From positions 39,556,001-39,620,000 of the forward strand of contig CM022670.1 of the NCBI GenBank assembly GCA_012295275.1: a DNA stretch of 64,000 nt, written 5' to 3'. Source of the stretch: Chrysomallon squamiferum. Lineage: Eukaryota > Animalia > Mollusca. The translations under genes were made by a program, and so were the position numbers. The notes below the pieces were generated by a model. That model saw only the letters and a list, made by a program, of their open reading frames with translations, did not search any database and was not told where the DNA came from. Shown here piece by piece: positions 1-13,427 of the stretch (the stretch's first letter is position 1; every line of letters starts with the position of its first letter).

Positions 1-1584
1 ACAGTGTCTTTTTCACCAGTTTACAGTCACCTTGTGAACCTGCACTTTTTTGTGAACTTTCCAAACTGTGCTTGGTTTTGCTGCCGTTTCCATTTGCTTC
101 TTCAGATCTGCTTTTCCCGTTTTTCACATTTTCCTTTTCAGATTTAGAATGATGTTTTGAAACACTTTTCTTAACGTCTTGACTATTTGAGGTGCCGTGT
201 TTGTTATGGTCTTGTTGTTTGGAAGAACTTTTGTCCTTGCTGTTGAGATGTTTAGACTCTGGCGATGTGTCTTTCCTCTCTGACTTAGACTGTGATGAGG
301 TGTGTTTAGCTGAGTGTTGTGAAGCTGATTTTGATGAAACACTTTTTGAAGATGATTTAGCTGATGATGTTAAAGAATGTTTGGAAGGAGATTTTGAAGA
401 AGATGATGACTTGGACGATGAACTGGAAGAAAATGTTTTTGATGAAGATTTTAATGATGAATTTTCTGAAGTATTTTCTTTTTTAACTGAATCTCTTTCC
501 TTTTTAATAGTCTTTTCTTTATCACAATCAGATTTATGTTTTCCTTTTTTATCAGTTATCTTATTTGTAACATTCTTGTCCTTTCTGTGAACTGAATCTT
601 TGTCTGAAGTTAAATTTGTCCTTTCTTTGTTTTGTGAGACACTTCTGTTAACTTTCTGAGACTTAACATGTTTAGCACTTTTTACATTTTGTTCAGTCTT
701 TGAAGAAGAATGTTTTTCATTATTTAAACAGTTGTGAGATTTTTCAGATTTTCTTTTGGTGTTTTCATTCCCTGTCAGAGTATCTTTGTAGCATGTTTTA
801 ACAGAATACAAATCTGCAGCGTTATCACATTTCTCTTTTGAGTCAGATTCAACGACTAAGCTTTTCTCACTCAAAGCATCACTATCGCTGAATCTTGCAC
901 TGTCTGAATCACCGAAATCGTCCACATTCATATCATCAACATTAGCACTGGGAAAATCATCCAGACGTTGTCTTTTCATTGGAACATACTGAACTTCAGT
1001 AATGTCATTAGAACCGGCCTTTGAGGAAAAAGCAAAGTTACTCACTGGGTCATATTCTAGGTCTGTACCATGCTTAGTCTTCACTTTCTTCAGTTTGTTA
1101 ATGGGTGTCGGGTTATATTCAGGAATGGTACTTGGAGCATAGGCAGGAATATTTTCTGGATCGTATCCTGGTTTATCCGTCACACTCTCCTGACTAGTGG
1201 GAGATGTTCTGGATTTATCGGAAAAACTGCCAGGTTCATAGAGAGGCAAACTGTCCGCTTCGTACGGTGATGAACCCAGAGGATCATACTCCTCGTGATA
1301 ATGAACTGATTTAACATTGTCAACTAATGTCTTGGGTGTTGGATCATATGTAGGCTCTGAGGCATTGGATAGATCAGATGGAAGATCATAAACATCATTT
1401 CCATCACTTGCTTGTGCGATTATGTCAGTATATTGTCCTGATTCAAGACTATTTTTCCTTTCTGACAGGAATATTTTTGACCCTGTGGGCCCAGCAGGAG
1501 TAGAAATAACATTTCCTTCTGCAGGAGTAAATGTTTTCCTCCCACTGCTACTGATCTGGGGAATGGCACTGGAAGTAGTTGCAT
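1..1584 (-). CDS. REXO1: RNA exonuclease 1 homologue (Elongin A-binding protein 1), large coding exon 2; runs off the window start
   Basis: Minus-strand acceptor cattattttcag| at 1585-1586. The frame reads (D)ATTSSAIPQ...PEYNPTPINKLKKVKTKHGTDLEYDPVSNF..., resembling the REXO1 EYDPLSN motif, then a Ser/Lys-rich tract. Spot-checked portions are stop-free. It is missing from the ORF track, consistent with no in-window stop. Confidence 0.85.
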
Positions 1585-2212
1585 CTGAAAATAATGTACA
1601 GTATTAGAAAAAGGTACACAATGAAGGAAACAAAGATGATACATGAATTTAAGCCTGGAAATAAGCATGCAGTCTCAGACATTGTCTAATAAAAAAAATG
1701 TTTTTTTCATGCTATGAGACACAAATTTAATACCATCAACAGCATTAATTTTGACAAACACAAAATGAAATTTTTCTGTTGCATTAGTTTCATGATGTAC
1801 ATATAAATGTACTTTATGCTTAAAAGGCATCAGATGAATTTCTAACTTCCTAGTATATTTCTGAAATTGTTAATTTATGGCATATCTACTCCGCAACCAA
1901 TGTATTTAATGCCATTTCAACACATCTTTTATATCAAAGAAAATAAGATATAAATCATATGATTTTGAAATAATAGTATGATAGTAATCATTTCTCGGAA
2001 TAATAATTACCACTGAGTATCAACAATTATGGAAATAGCTTAACTTTCTAACATTTAAATTTCGTGAGAAAAAAATATTTTTTCTTTGAGCTGGGAAAGA
2101 AAGTAATAGAAGGAATATAATAATTTAATTTAATTCATGCGAGAGACTCAGAGAGTTACAGAGTAGTCTATTACAGTGAATGAATCAGAATGCAATCAGT
2201 TACACTTTTCCA

Positions 2213-2264
<52 letters not shown>

Positions 2265-2409
2265 TCAACAACAACAACAACAACAACAAATAAATAAATA
2301 AATAAATAAAAAGTTAGTGTCAAACGTTCGTAACTTCTTTCTTACTCTTACTGAGTTACTCTTAGCTTCAAACTAACTACTAAGCTTGACACATCGAGTT
2401 CCCTTTTAC

Positions 2410-2515
2410 CTTTATCACTTTTCACATGTCTGAAATGACAGTATGGTCTTTCACATAACCCACTTTGAAAATAAGGACAGTTAAGACCTTTAAAATAACC
2501 AGAAGAAGGAAACAT
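2410..2515 (-). CDS. REXO1: REXO1 coding exon 1 (N-terminal Cys/His motif)
   Basis: Translates MFPSSGYFKGLNCPYFQSGLCERPYCHFRHVKSDK, matching the REXO1 N-terminus pattern (GFF..IDCPY...C.RPYCHFRH). Donor G|GTAAAA is phase 1 and joins in frame to 1584. Confidence 0.9.
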
Positions 2516-5500
2516 GACTAGAACAGAACAACGACATTAACTACTAGTACTACTTGTTTATTTTCAGCCATTTCAGTAGACTGGCACTCTGCTGGTTTGA
2601 TAGGCGACATCCTGTTGTGATCTCCAGTCTACAAAAGTGTTTCAAGGAAATAACAGAAAGTGATAAGATGAACCTTACCATAATGTCATATACTTCAACA
2701 AGTGATATTAATATTTAATTTAAATATAAAGTTTGAAGACATATAATATTAAATTTTGTGATTATTCAATTCCCCGGATCAAACAGTTTATTGACATGTT
2801 AGTGAAATGAACCTATATTTTTATTACTGCGTAAAAATCGTTTTCATTCTCTAGATACTTAGTATCAGCAGTAACAGACAAACCATCGTTTATTTTAGCA
2901 AACGTAACTAATATTATAAAATAGTATTGTAAGATTGCTAAGAAGGCATCCGTATATATTACTGTATATAATTAAGGACATGAACTTTTCTGCATATAAA
3001 ACAAAAGTATAATTAATTTGGGAAAACATTCTTTACTATAATTTTGTTATAATTAATTATCTCTGAATACTAAAATTTTATTTTTTATTTCATTTGTTAA
3101 AAAAGAATCAAATGGAAAGAATCAAATGAAATCGTTATATGTAATTAAAATTTCGAACATTTAGATGGACATTTTAATAGCAGCACTTCCGTGTTTCTAA
3201 ATTTAAAATAACTAAAGCAGCTGCAGTGCATTTAGAAAACTTGAAAACCCTATAGTTCGTCTTGTACTGGGGTTCTTTAGGTTAAGTAATCTAATATGCA
3301 AGGAAAGATAACTCTATACAATAAATGAATTCTGATAAAGTGATTGTTTTTATCAAGAAAAATTGATAGTGTTTAAGTATTATTATAGACAATCTTTTTT
3401 TGATGATATATAGTAAGTGACTCTTTTTTTTTCTTTGTCTTATACTGTTTCCATTTTCAGTGAATTAGACGTTTCGTTAAAAAACTCGGCTCACTTCTGT
3501 CAATCTTGGCCCCAACCAGATCGCTTCCTGCAAACTCGTCTCCCCCCCAATTGTGAAAATTAAACTTTATTTTTCTTTTTATGGTTTTTTTTTTGTGTGT
3601 TTTTTTTTTTTTCCTCACAGTACTTAGTAACATTTATTATAGAACCGTTTCAATAACTTATATAATTCTCCACCTCATCCCCAGCATTTTACCGTACAGA
3701 AGAAAAAGGTCGGACTTTCAGTTTCACAGTCACATGAAACTAGAATCATAAATGTTCTTTATTAATAGTAATACTGTTTTATACTTCATTCTTATACTCG
3801 TTATCTTATTAATAATTTACACTGCATAGTTATAAAAACACATACAGGTATATAAATAAACATTATTTCAGTTGAGAAAAATATTGTCAAGCCAGCATTA
3901 CATCAGATCTACAATTTAAAAATATTTTATCACTATTAAAACTGTTACATTAATAATCTTTTAACACTGATTTTTTTTTTATTATATTCAATTTATATAT
4001 TTGTTACGACCATAAAATTACACCTACTATGCAGTAGCTGAATATCGTTTTTGCAGTGGTGTTAAATAGTAATTCAGTCAGTCAAATTTATTTAATAATT
4101 TTATTTTAAGTAATTGTAATTAGACATTATTATGATTATAGCAGTGATTACATTTTTTTTTTCTGACTTGTTTAGTCACTTTGGACAGCTGTTGACTGTC
4201 TGTTTGATTTCAATCAGATACTCTTTTAAATCAGCCCTCTTGAATGATTTGCATTACAATGTTCATAGAAGTACATAAATCTAGGGAAATAAAATACAAA
4301 ATACTATCTGTTTAAATGAAAAATGCAGTTACTTTTTAAAGTTTGCTGTGCCAATTTTTGTGGTATATCATACACCACATTTAATCTGTTGATGCTAGTG
4401 CCTTGAAAAATATTCAACTTTGACTTAATACAGTAAAACAATTAGTCTTTATTTAAAAAAGAACAAAACTATTTGATACACATGATGATCAGAGACAATA
4501 CCAAGAGTGTACTGACTGCATTTATATTATTCTACATTGATCAAAACCCCATTCAAGACAGAGAATGAAAAAACAGTAATAATTGGGTATTTGTGTTGAT
4601 GGATGTTTGTGGGTATATGTATATTCTTGCACTATAAAATCTGTCTCAACCAAGCTTGTACAAACCAATATGATCTCAAAACCAGTTACATGTCATGACC
4701 CTGATTTTTCTTCTGTGTAAATCATGAATTAAAATCCTTATAATAACAGAACCTGTCAGTTTTTAAAACTAGACTGACTTTTTGCAAAGAAATGTTTAAT
4801 CCTTTATAACCCAAGCTATCTTGTTTAATGCAGACAAATAAAGAGCTAAATTAATGTATTCACAACTTCCAGTCAACAGTATCAATTTGAAATTCATCAT
4901 CTATTGTTATGTAACTGTTTTCTGTGGTTGCAGACCAGTTAGCAAGCATCAGATTAATTAATGTTTTTCTGTTTTCAGTTGTAATGTCTAAAGCAGTACA
5001 ACCTTGTCTTAGCCTGGTATTTATCCATTATTGTTTCCATCTTTGAATCATTTGAATGAATACTGAAAAACAGGGGAGTGTTACACTGAGGTTCCCAAAT
5101 GATGACAAAAGTGAAATTAGTCTCTTGGCTGAAAGTTTGACAGCTAACAGCTGTGAAATGTTTCACTGGTGGTGATCAGAAAACTTAGAAATTTCACTCT
5201 TGCAAAACGACAAATATTCTTTAAAACAAACATGAACAATAAATCATTGTTGTTATGAATACATCTGAGGAAATAACTGTTTATTCTAAAATAAAAGCTT
5301 CTAAACATAGATCAAGTTCAAACCTAACAAATATTAGGTCAGCAGTGTGATCTAGCATATCCTGATTTTACTGTATATGACTGCATTTTTGCTATAAAAT
5401 ACATGTATCCATTATATTTAAAATATAAGTTATTACTATCATCTGGATAAAGCCACACGATAAGAATGCATGCATACACATTCTGTAATAACATTGCAGA

Positions 5501-6073
5501 TATTTCATAAAATATCTTTGTCTGATACTTAGAGTATCGTTATCTTCTTTGAAATAAAACCTGCTACAAGTGAAAATGATAAACTGCTTAATTTAATATG
5601 AAATGCAGTAATTGTTGGTAAAACAAAAGTTATTGCTAGAATCATTATTTTTTCATATTTATTGTTTTAATACTCTAGATCACTGGTTTTCAACCTTTTT
5701 CATACCTTGACCCCTTATGAGCAGCTCAATATGAGCGATGACCCCCTTTAAAAATTTTGATTCAATAATATCTAGGGTTATCATATTTTCATCAACCAAA
5801 GATAGTACAAAAGGAATCTATATTCACTATGACAGGTCCCAAACCTATCTATACCCTTTTATTTATTCTTTCTTCCAAGTTGGGTTGAAAAAAGCTAAAA
5901 CATACCCTCGCTTAAGAACAATCTTGCAACCACCAGAAAAAAGGCTCACAACCCCCAGGTTGAAAACTATGCTGTAGGTTAAAAGATAAAATTTGTACAA
6001 AGCTGCAACAACCAATCATTTCTTTCACCAGTCATTGTAAATATCAGGGGTTTGTTTCCCATCCGTGTTGGTA

Positions 6074-6113
<40 letters not shown>

Positions 6114-6171
6114 TTTGTTTTTGTTGTTATTGTTGCTAATGGTGATGTTATTATTTTTTTTATTTTTAAAG
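2516..6171. promoter_or_regulatory. Divergent intergenic/5'UTR region shared by REXO1 and TUT4/7
   Basis: The two start codons face away from each other about 3.7 kb apart. The TUT ATG is preceded by an acceptor (tttttaaag|, 6171), so its TSS lies further left. There is an ETS-like CACTTCCGT at 3184-3192. TSSs were not located. Confidence 0.5.
5681..5971. mobile_element. Non-autonomous hAT (Charlie-like) DNA transposon / MITE
   Basis: Imperfect terminal inverted repeats CACTGGTTTTCAACC ... GGTTGAAAACTATG, flanked by 8-mers ctctagat (5673-5680) and ctgtaggt (5972-5979), which are 6/8 identical and fit an hAT TSD. Confidence 0.7.
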
Positions 6172-6184
6172 AGAAGTAAAGAAA

Positions 6185-6926
6185 ATGGCTGAAGCAGGTG
6201 TAAAGATGGAGTTGGCAGAAGCAGAACAGACCTTGAAACGATTGTTAAAGCTTGAACCAACCAGGCAAGACAAACAAAAGACTCACCAGATAAAGAGCAG
6301 TCACAAAGAAATGGACAGAGAAATGCATGCAGAATCTAATCAGAATGATTGTGCAGCTGGTGACAGAACACACCTGGCAAAAGAAGCAGGTAAAGGTAGA
6401 GATGTAAAGAAAAATGTGTTTCAGAATAAAAATGCAAGACGCAAATCCTACGACAGTGACGAGTTCATGTTTGCTGAAGACAAGAAGAGAAACAGACCTC
6501 GACGATCAAGAAAGCGCGAGACTGTAAAGCAGCAGAACCAGGAATTTGATGGGAGGACATTGTCTGCCGATTCAGGAAAGGGAAAAGCTGAGTCTGCTCG
6601 TGTCGGTTCTGCATCCAAAAAGTCACCAAATGCACCCGGCCCACCAATGACATTGCAATCACCGTCATCAGCAAAACAGAAAGAAACTCATAGTGTCAGA
6701 AGTCCCAATCCTGGTAAAGCTAGACAGAAAGCCCAGGTGGAGAAGCCTCCAAGTCAGAAAGTTCAGAGTGATAAGAACAATTCATCAAATCCAGAAGAAG
6801 AGGTGGAAAAACGACTGAAGCAAGGAGCATCACGTCAACAAGAGAAGAACAGTTCAAAGAAACAACCAAGTCAAAAAGAAAGTGAAAAACCTTCCAGAAG
6901 ACAGAAAACTCGACTTCACAGCATTG
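6185..6926 (+). CDS. TUT4/7: TUT4/7 first coding exon, basic low-complexity N-terminus
   Basis: ATG in AAAATGG context, 247 codons plus 1 nt, donor G|GTATGT. Contains an NLS-like KKRNRPRRSRKR. Confidence 0.85.
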
Positions 6927-8145
6927 GTATGTAAACAGTTTCGTAAATATCTTTTTCTTCAGATGGACATTTAAAGTTTATTTTGCAGTTATTAAGTTAA
7001 TTTGAATACTTCTGGGACATTTTGGAAATTTGGGTCAAACGCAATTATTATTTTTTTTTTTCCCAAATTTTTTTGAGATCCTTAATGAATGAAACATAGT
7101 TACCATGGATTATGTCTAATGCTTTTAGACATCTGTATAATTGTGTAATGTTATTTTGATGTAAATAATACTTCAATATTTTCAGGTGAGGAAGAAAAAG
7201 TAGAAAAATCTATTTTGAGAGAAATGGAAAACCAACGAGTGTTTCCTTTGAAGAAGGTAAACTAATCTAGATATTGATTCCAATCACACACAGTTCTGTT
7301 TTCAGTTGTTTCTGTCAATTGTAATGTCCACATATTGTTAGAAAATATTTTTAATTATCTGTTTTTTGACTTATACAACCTTAACATTTCATTTTCATTT
7401 CTTTATTTATCTTTTATTAAAAAAAAATATTTTACTCTTTATTTTTTATGTTATGTAAGCATACACCAGTGGCCCTTAAATTTGGATTGCATTATGTACA
7501 AACACACTGAAATAAATCATCCTTAACTATTAATAGTTTTAATCAATATTTTATTTATGATTTTGTAGAAATCCTTGAAGTTTCCTAGGGCCCGATTCTT
7601 CTGTCGTCTGTGTGATTACCATCTAGACAGAGTCATAGACTTCAAGAAGCACGTCTCAGAGGCAAGGCACATACGAAGAAAAGAAGTAAGTTCATGTAGT
7701 AACCTTCAGCTACAACTGCACACAGAGGAGAATGTTATCATTAATGCTTTTAAATTCTAGCTGCAAAGTATAGAAAAATTATTAATGAATTGGTCTCTAA
7801 GGCACCGTAGGTAATCGGGTCAGTTTTCTTTAGTTCTTCCACTGGCTTGTTACTTTTCAAGTCATTGGTACATCAAAGGCCATGTGTAGTTCTCTATATT
7901 GGAAGGAAAATATTGAAATTACCTTGCAGATAACAGGTAGCTAGAGTGACAGGAATGTGTCTACTTGTACTTGTCATTATATACCTGAAATGTTTACTCA
8001 TTATAAAAACTAAATATATTTTCTTTTTATTGTGGGTTTATATATCTTTATACACATATAACTAATTATAATAAACAGTTACTCCTGTTCTTGTAATATC
8101 CGTTTGTTTTGGTGTTAAAAATAATAATAATAATAATAATAAAAC

Positions 8146-8197
<52 letters not shown>

Positions 8198-11136
8198 TAA
8201 TATTTAATAGGTGACTGATTGTGAAGTTCTTCTGTGCAACATGCCAGCACCTACACCCAAACAGCTGGCTGCTTTGGATTCTGCTGTGGAAAAAGTGTTT
8301 GCTGAAAACTGTTTGACCGAGGAGGATGTGGAAATAAGGGCTAAAATCGTACAGGAGGTGGAAAAACACATAAAGAAGAAACTGCCAGGTTTGTACAGAC
8401 TCTTAGAATGCATGTACTGAACATTGGTACAAAAAGTTATATATTTTACTTTTTGTTCAACAGTGACAAATATTGTCATAAAGAAAAAAAAAAACTGAAG
8501 GAGAATTTATCAGCAAAGCATACATTTATATAATTCAGGAAATTACTGAACATTTTGATTACCTTTTATAAATTATATTATGGAATTTAAAACTTAAAGT
8601 TACATTTTAGACTAGAAAATTTTTGTTCATTGTAAAGTATTGCAGGAAATAAAAAATTCTGACAAATTATAAAATTATTTTTAGAATTTTGTTTTGGTCA
8701 TACATATATTTATCATTAAATTCATATGGTATTTTTATTTTTGTTTCATTTTTAATATTTAATTTTAATTTATAATTTTATTTATTGGCAGACGTCAGTC
8801 TTCGAATATATGGGTCATCGGCGACTGGTTTTGGTTTGAAGTCGAGTGACATCAACATAGATCTCTTTGCACCAAACGCTTCTAGTGTTCCAAAAGTTCT
8901 GTCAGATGTTTTCATTCTCCTGAAAGATTCAAGTAATGTGTGATTGATATTAATTTATTTTGTGTCTACCTGTATTTACTAATTAATTTTATTGTATTAT
9001 TATGTATAAAAATTTATTTAAAATGTTTTTCAATTTTTTTCTTTAATATATGAAATTTATTTCAAGTTCATGTATAAATGTTATTTACTATTAGATATTA
9101 TGTGTTTTATTTTTGAAAATACAATGTTAAATATTTAAAAGGATTATATGTGAAAAATATTTATTTACAAATATATCATCATAATCATGTTACTTCAGCA
9201 CTGTTATATGTAAACATACATGTATTTTAAAACATCATGTTATTTCAGAATTCTCTATAATAAGTTATTTGTTTATTTTCGGATCTGTTTTCAGATGGGT
9301 TATTGCAGAATGTAAGAAGTGATTTTTCTGCTGTGTGTCCAGCCATTCTCTTCAGTCACCCAGACACAGGGATCCACTGTCAGATTTCTGTCAACAGCAA
9401 CTCCGCTTATCACACGGGCCAGTTACTTGCCCTTTACAGCAACATGGATCCCAGGCTGAAGAAACTCGCTGTTGTGTTCAGATACTGGGCAAAGGTCAGT
9501 CTAAATATATTTGAAACAGAAATGGGCTTTTGAGGTTGTTGTTTTTTTCAGATATATTTTGACTGACCTTTGCAAGAAAAAAAATCAAAATATCTAAGTA
9601 CTTGCTGTCTCTGTTTTAATATAATCATGTCAGTAGTTGGTACTGAAGTCTTGAATATTAAAACATGAGACTGCTGTAGAAGTTCCTCTCTGTCATATTA
9701 CAGATTTTTAAAAACCATTTAAAAAAAATAAAGTTAATATTTGATAATATCTTTTTTATTATCTCTTACAGTTTAGTTGTTAACAAAGAAAAGATTTAAG
9801 AAAAGCAAAAATTTTGTTTGTTACTAATATTGTTATAATAATCTGTATTGCTGTGGTTGTTTAATTTCAGAATTCATTACAAATTACTCTGTTTTAACCA
9901 AAGTGCTCTAGGTGATGTCTAAATTTTTAATTACAGATAAACCAAATGAAAACATAATGTATGTTTAGAGATCAACAAAATAAAAAATTAAATGTATGTT
10001 TACAGATTAGCTATTTGAAGAATTAAATGTTTATTTCCTGATTAAACAAAATTAAAAAATTAAATGTATATTACCAGATTAACAAAATAAAAAGTTAAAT
10101 GTATATTTCCAGATTAACAAAATGAAAACTTAAAAGTTCATCCTTTTTTAAAAAAAAAAAAAAGTTATCTGTGAAAGCAGTAAAGTGGATATTACAATTT
10201 TTTTATATTCACAGAATTATTTGACGTAATTGTTGTGTTTATTTTTCAGCTTTGTCACCTTGACAACCAGCAGGAGGGAACTCTTCCCGCATATGCAACG
10301 AACCTGATGACTGTTTTTTATCTCCAGCACTCAACTCCACCTGTTCTACCAGTTCTGTCCAAGGTAATTAACTGTACATTTGATTTTTAACAGATGGGTT
10401 TTTTAAACCCTTTCATATAAGCTTTAGTTACTTATGTAACATGTGGCTGAAAACATGTGTTTATTAAGATATTGTATAATAACGTAAATGTTAAATTTTA
10501 CACTCATACATATATACATGTTTGTCTTGTCTTATTACAGGAACTTCCTGAAAGCCCAGATGAAACTGAACAGTCCTGTACTTATCTTGAAGAACTCAAA
10601 CAAGAGGTAGGCTGAATTTTTTTAACTAACTTTTTATAAATAATCTACTTATCTAGTTTATCTAATGAAGATATAAACTTATGTACATCAGATACACTTT
10701 TTAAAATAAAAAAACAAAACAAAACTGTATTAAATTTAGAAGCCATGTACTTAGTAAATGTTTACAGTTATTTTGAGTGTCAGTTATTAACTGTTTTGGG
10801 ATTTTTTATCTTATCCTTTACACAGAGTAAGTCTTGGGTTTGCCATAACAGACAGTCTGTCGGAGAACTGTGGCTTGGTCTTCTGCGTTACTACAGTCTG
10901 ACCTTTGACATGGCGAATGTGGTGGTTTCCATCAGGAAAACCTCTCCTATTGCCAGAAGTGAAAAGAAATGGAATTCTAAGAAACTCGCCATAGAAGGTA
11001 AAATTTGATTTGAAATTTTCAATAAAAAAAATTTATTGTCTTTTTTAAAATCTTTGTAGTGTTTGATGTTGATATTAAGTATTATAGATAATATTGATCA
11101 GTATTTTTTTCTTTAATATTTTGTTTCATGTTATAA

Positions 11137-11177
<41 letters not shown>

Positions 11178-13392
11178 CACATATATATTAAAAAATGCCC
11201 TTAGACCTTAGCCATTATGCATAGTTATCTACTGATGTCTTTTCAGTAAAACCAATTGATGTTTAATATATTTAATTTTTAAGTTGCAGCCAAAAAATAT
11301 TTTATTTGATTTATATAATTAATGACTATCAGGAATTTGTTTATATTATTACCATTATTGTTATTGTTAATTTATTAATGCCTCACCCACAGAATATAAA
11401 AATAAATCCTAATAAAGACAGAGTGCAGAATAAACTAATTGCAAAATGATTCACATAATCATGATTTTCTTTTTTTTTTTGCAGATCCATTTGCTACAAA
11501 GAGAAACATTGCTCGTACAGTGAGCAACTCCAGAATTTACGAATATTTCCAAGACACGCTGCGAAAGGCTTATCACTACTTTGGCTTGCCGAGGCGGCCG
11601 AATGGAGAATCCATGATTCCTGCTGATGCTCTGACAAAAATGATTGAAAAAGCAAGAAAGGAACAAACGAAGAAGGAAAACCAGGCAGAGGTTGCTTCTG
11701 GCGAGGACTCGGTTGATGAAGATGGTGAAAGGACATCGGGAGAAAAGAAACCCACAGGTGACAGCAGACGTTCAGATACTGTTAGTAAAATGAAAGAATG
11801 CGATGGCGATGATGTCCCAGCAAGTGTACAGTCGCCTGAAGTACTAGGTGAGAGTGAGAAAGAAGACAATGATGCTGTTAAAGACAGCAGTGAAGAAATC
11901 GAAGAAGATAAAAATGATACTGGAGAAAACAGTGACGATATTGCAGAAATTAATGAAGATGTCAAGAATGTCAGTGAAGGTACAGGAGAGAACATTGAAG
12001 ATGAAGAAGAACAGACTGAAGGTGTCAATGAGAACAAAAGTGACAAAGAAAATCTGGAGCATTTCACAGATAGTACTGAAGTAAACAATGAAGAGAATGA
12101 AGGTACATCAGCCGAAAATAAGAATGTAGAAGAGGTTAACGACAGTTTTTATCAGAAAGATGATTTCTTACATTCCAAGACCGTTTCAGACACTGAGGAC
12201 AAAGCCTCTGGGTCAGAACAGTCTTCACACTTGACTCTTTTTGATGAAGAGGCTGGTTTGACATCAGCCGAGAAACTGCTGTGGACATTTGCCAAAGAAT
12301 TTTCACAAAGCATTATCCGTGAGGTGATCGATGAGTTCTCCATACCGGTGTCTCAGATTGAAAATGAGCTAACTGGCGAGGATGCTTCCAGTGCAGTTCC
12401 CGCGAAGTCTGACATCCTGGATGCATCAGCAATTACCCAGCTGATAAAAGATGAAGTGTGTTGTTACGAATTCACTGAGAAAAATTTGACTGACGGAAAG
12501 GTGAGATTTTAAAATTCTGTTCTTAATACGTCGTTTTATAATACAAGATATAAAAAATATTTGTTAATTTTTTAATTCTCTTTGACCGTATGAAAATTAA
12601 TCTTTTTGTAGTTCTTTATAAATGTTGCTGATCTGTTCTTTGAGGCATTAATCTGCAATTAAAACCCCCAATAAGTATGTGTTTATAGAGTCAAAAACTT
12701 AAATTTATAAATGAAAAATTAAATTTATATTAAAAGGTATTGCCTAAAGAAAATTTGAATGTAGTTTTGTGATTCTTTGTTTGAATAACTCAGTGTGTAT
12801 ATACAGATTAACAAAATAAAAAAAATATTTGTATATTGCCAGAAAAACAGTATTATAATTTAAACTTACATCTATATTTCTAGATGAATTCAATGAAATG
12901 TATATTTCCAGTTTAATTAGTTGAAAAATTAAATTTATATTTCAAGGTTAATAAAAAGAAAAAATTATTTGTATATTTTTAGATTGATTAACTGAATATA
13001 CAATTACAGATTAAGTAAATGAATAACTAGATAGGAAGGTACATGAGTAACTGTAACTGTATTTCTAGATGAACCAATTGAATAACTAAATGTTTACTTC
13101 CACAAATAAATGTCTAGTTGCTGATTAACCAATTAAATCTATAGATTTACAGATTAACTAAGTGATGTATTTTCAGGGACCGGCTATCATCTGTGGCTAC
13201 TGTGAGAAAGAGGGACATCTGAAAACAGTGTGTCCTGACGACATGCTGCCAGAGCTGAAACCTCTGCCTCCACCAGACAAACAGTTCACCAAAGTCTTAT
13301 CACAGACACTGAAACAAGTGCCCAGTAAGTCAGTGTTCTTGTTATTAATACTACTACTACTACTACTACTATTATTGCTCCTACTACTAGAA

Positions 13393-13427
<35 letters not shown>

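Noticed and set aside
192-590. 132-aa acidic plus-strand ORF
   Set aside because: Antisense shadow of the Ser/Lys-rich REXO1 exon.
11451-12343. Several minus-strand and alternative-frame ORFs
   Set aside because: Shadows of the low-complexity TUT linker exon.
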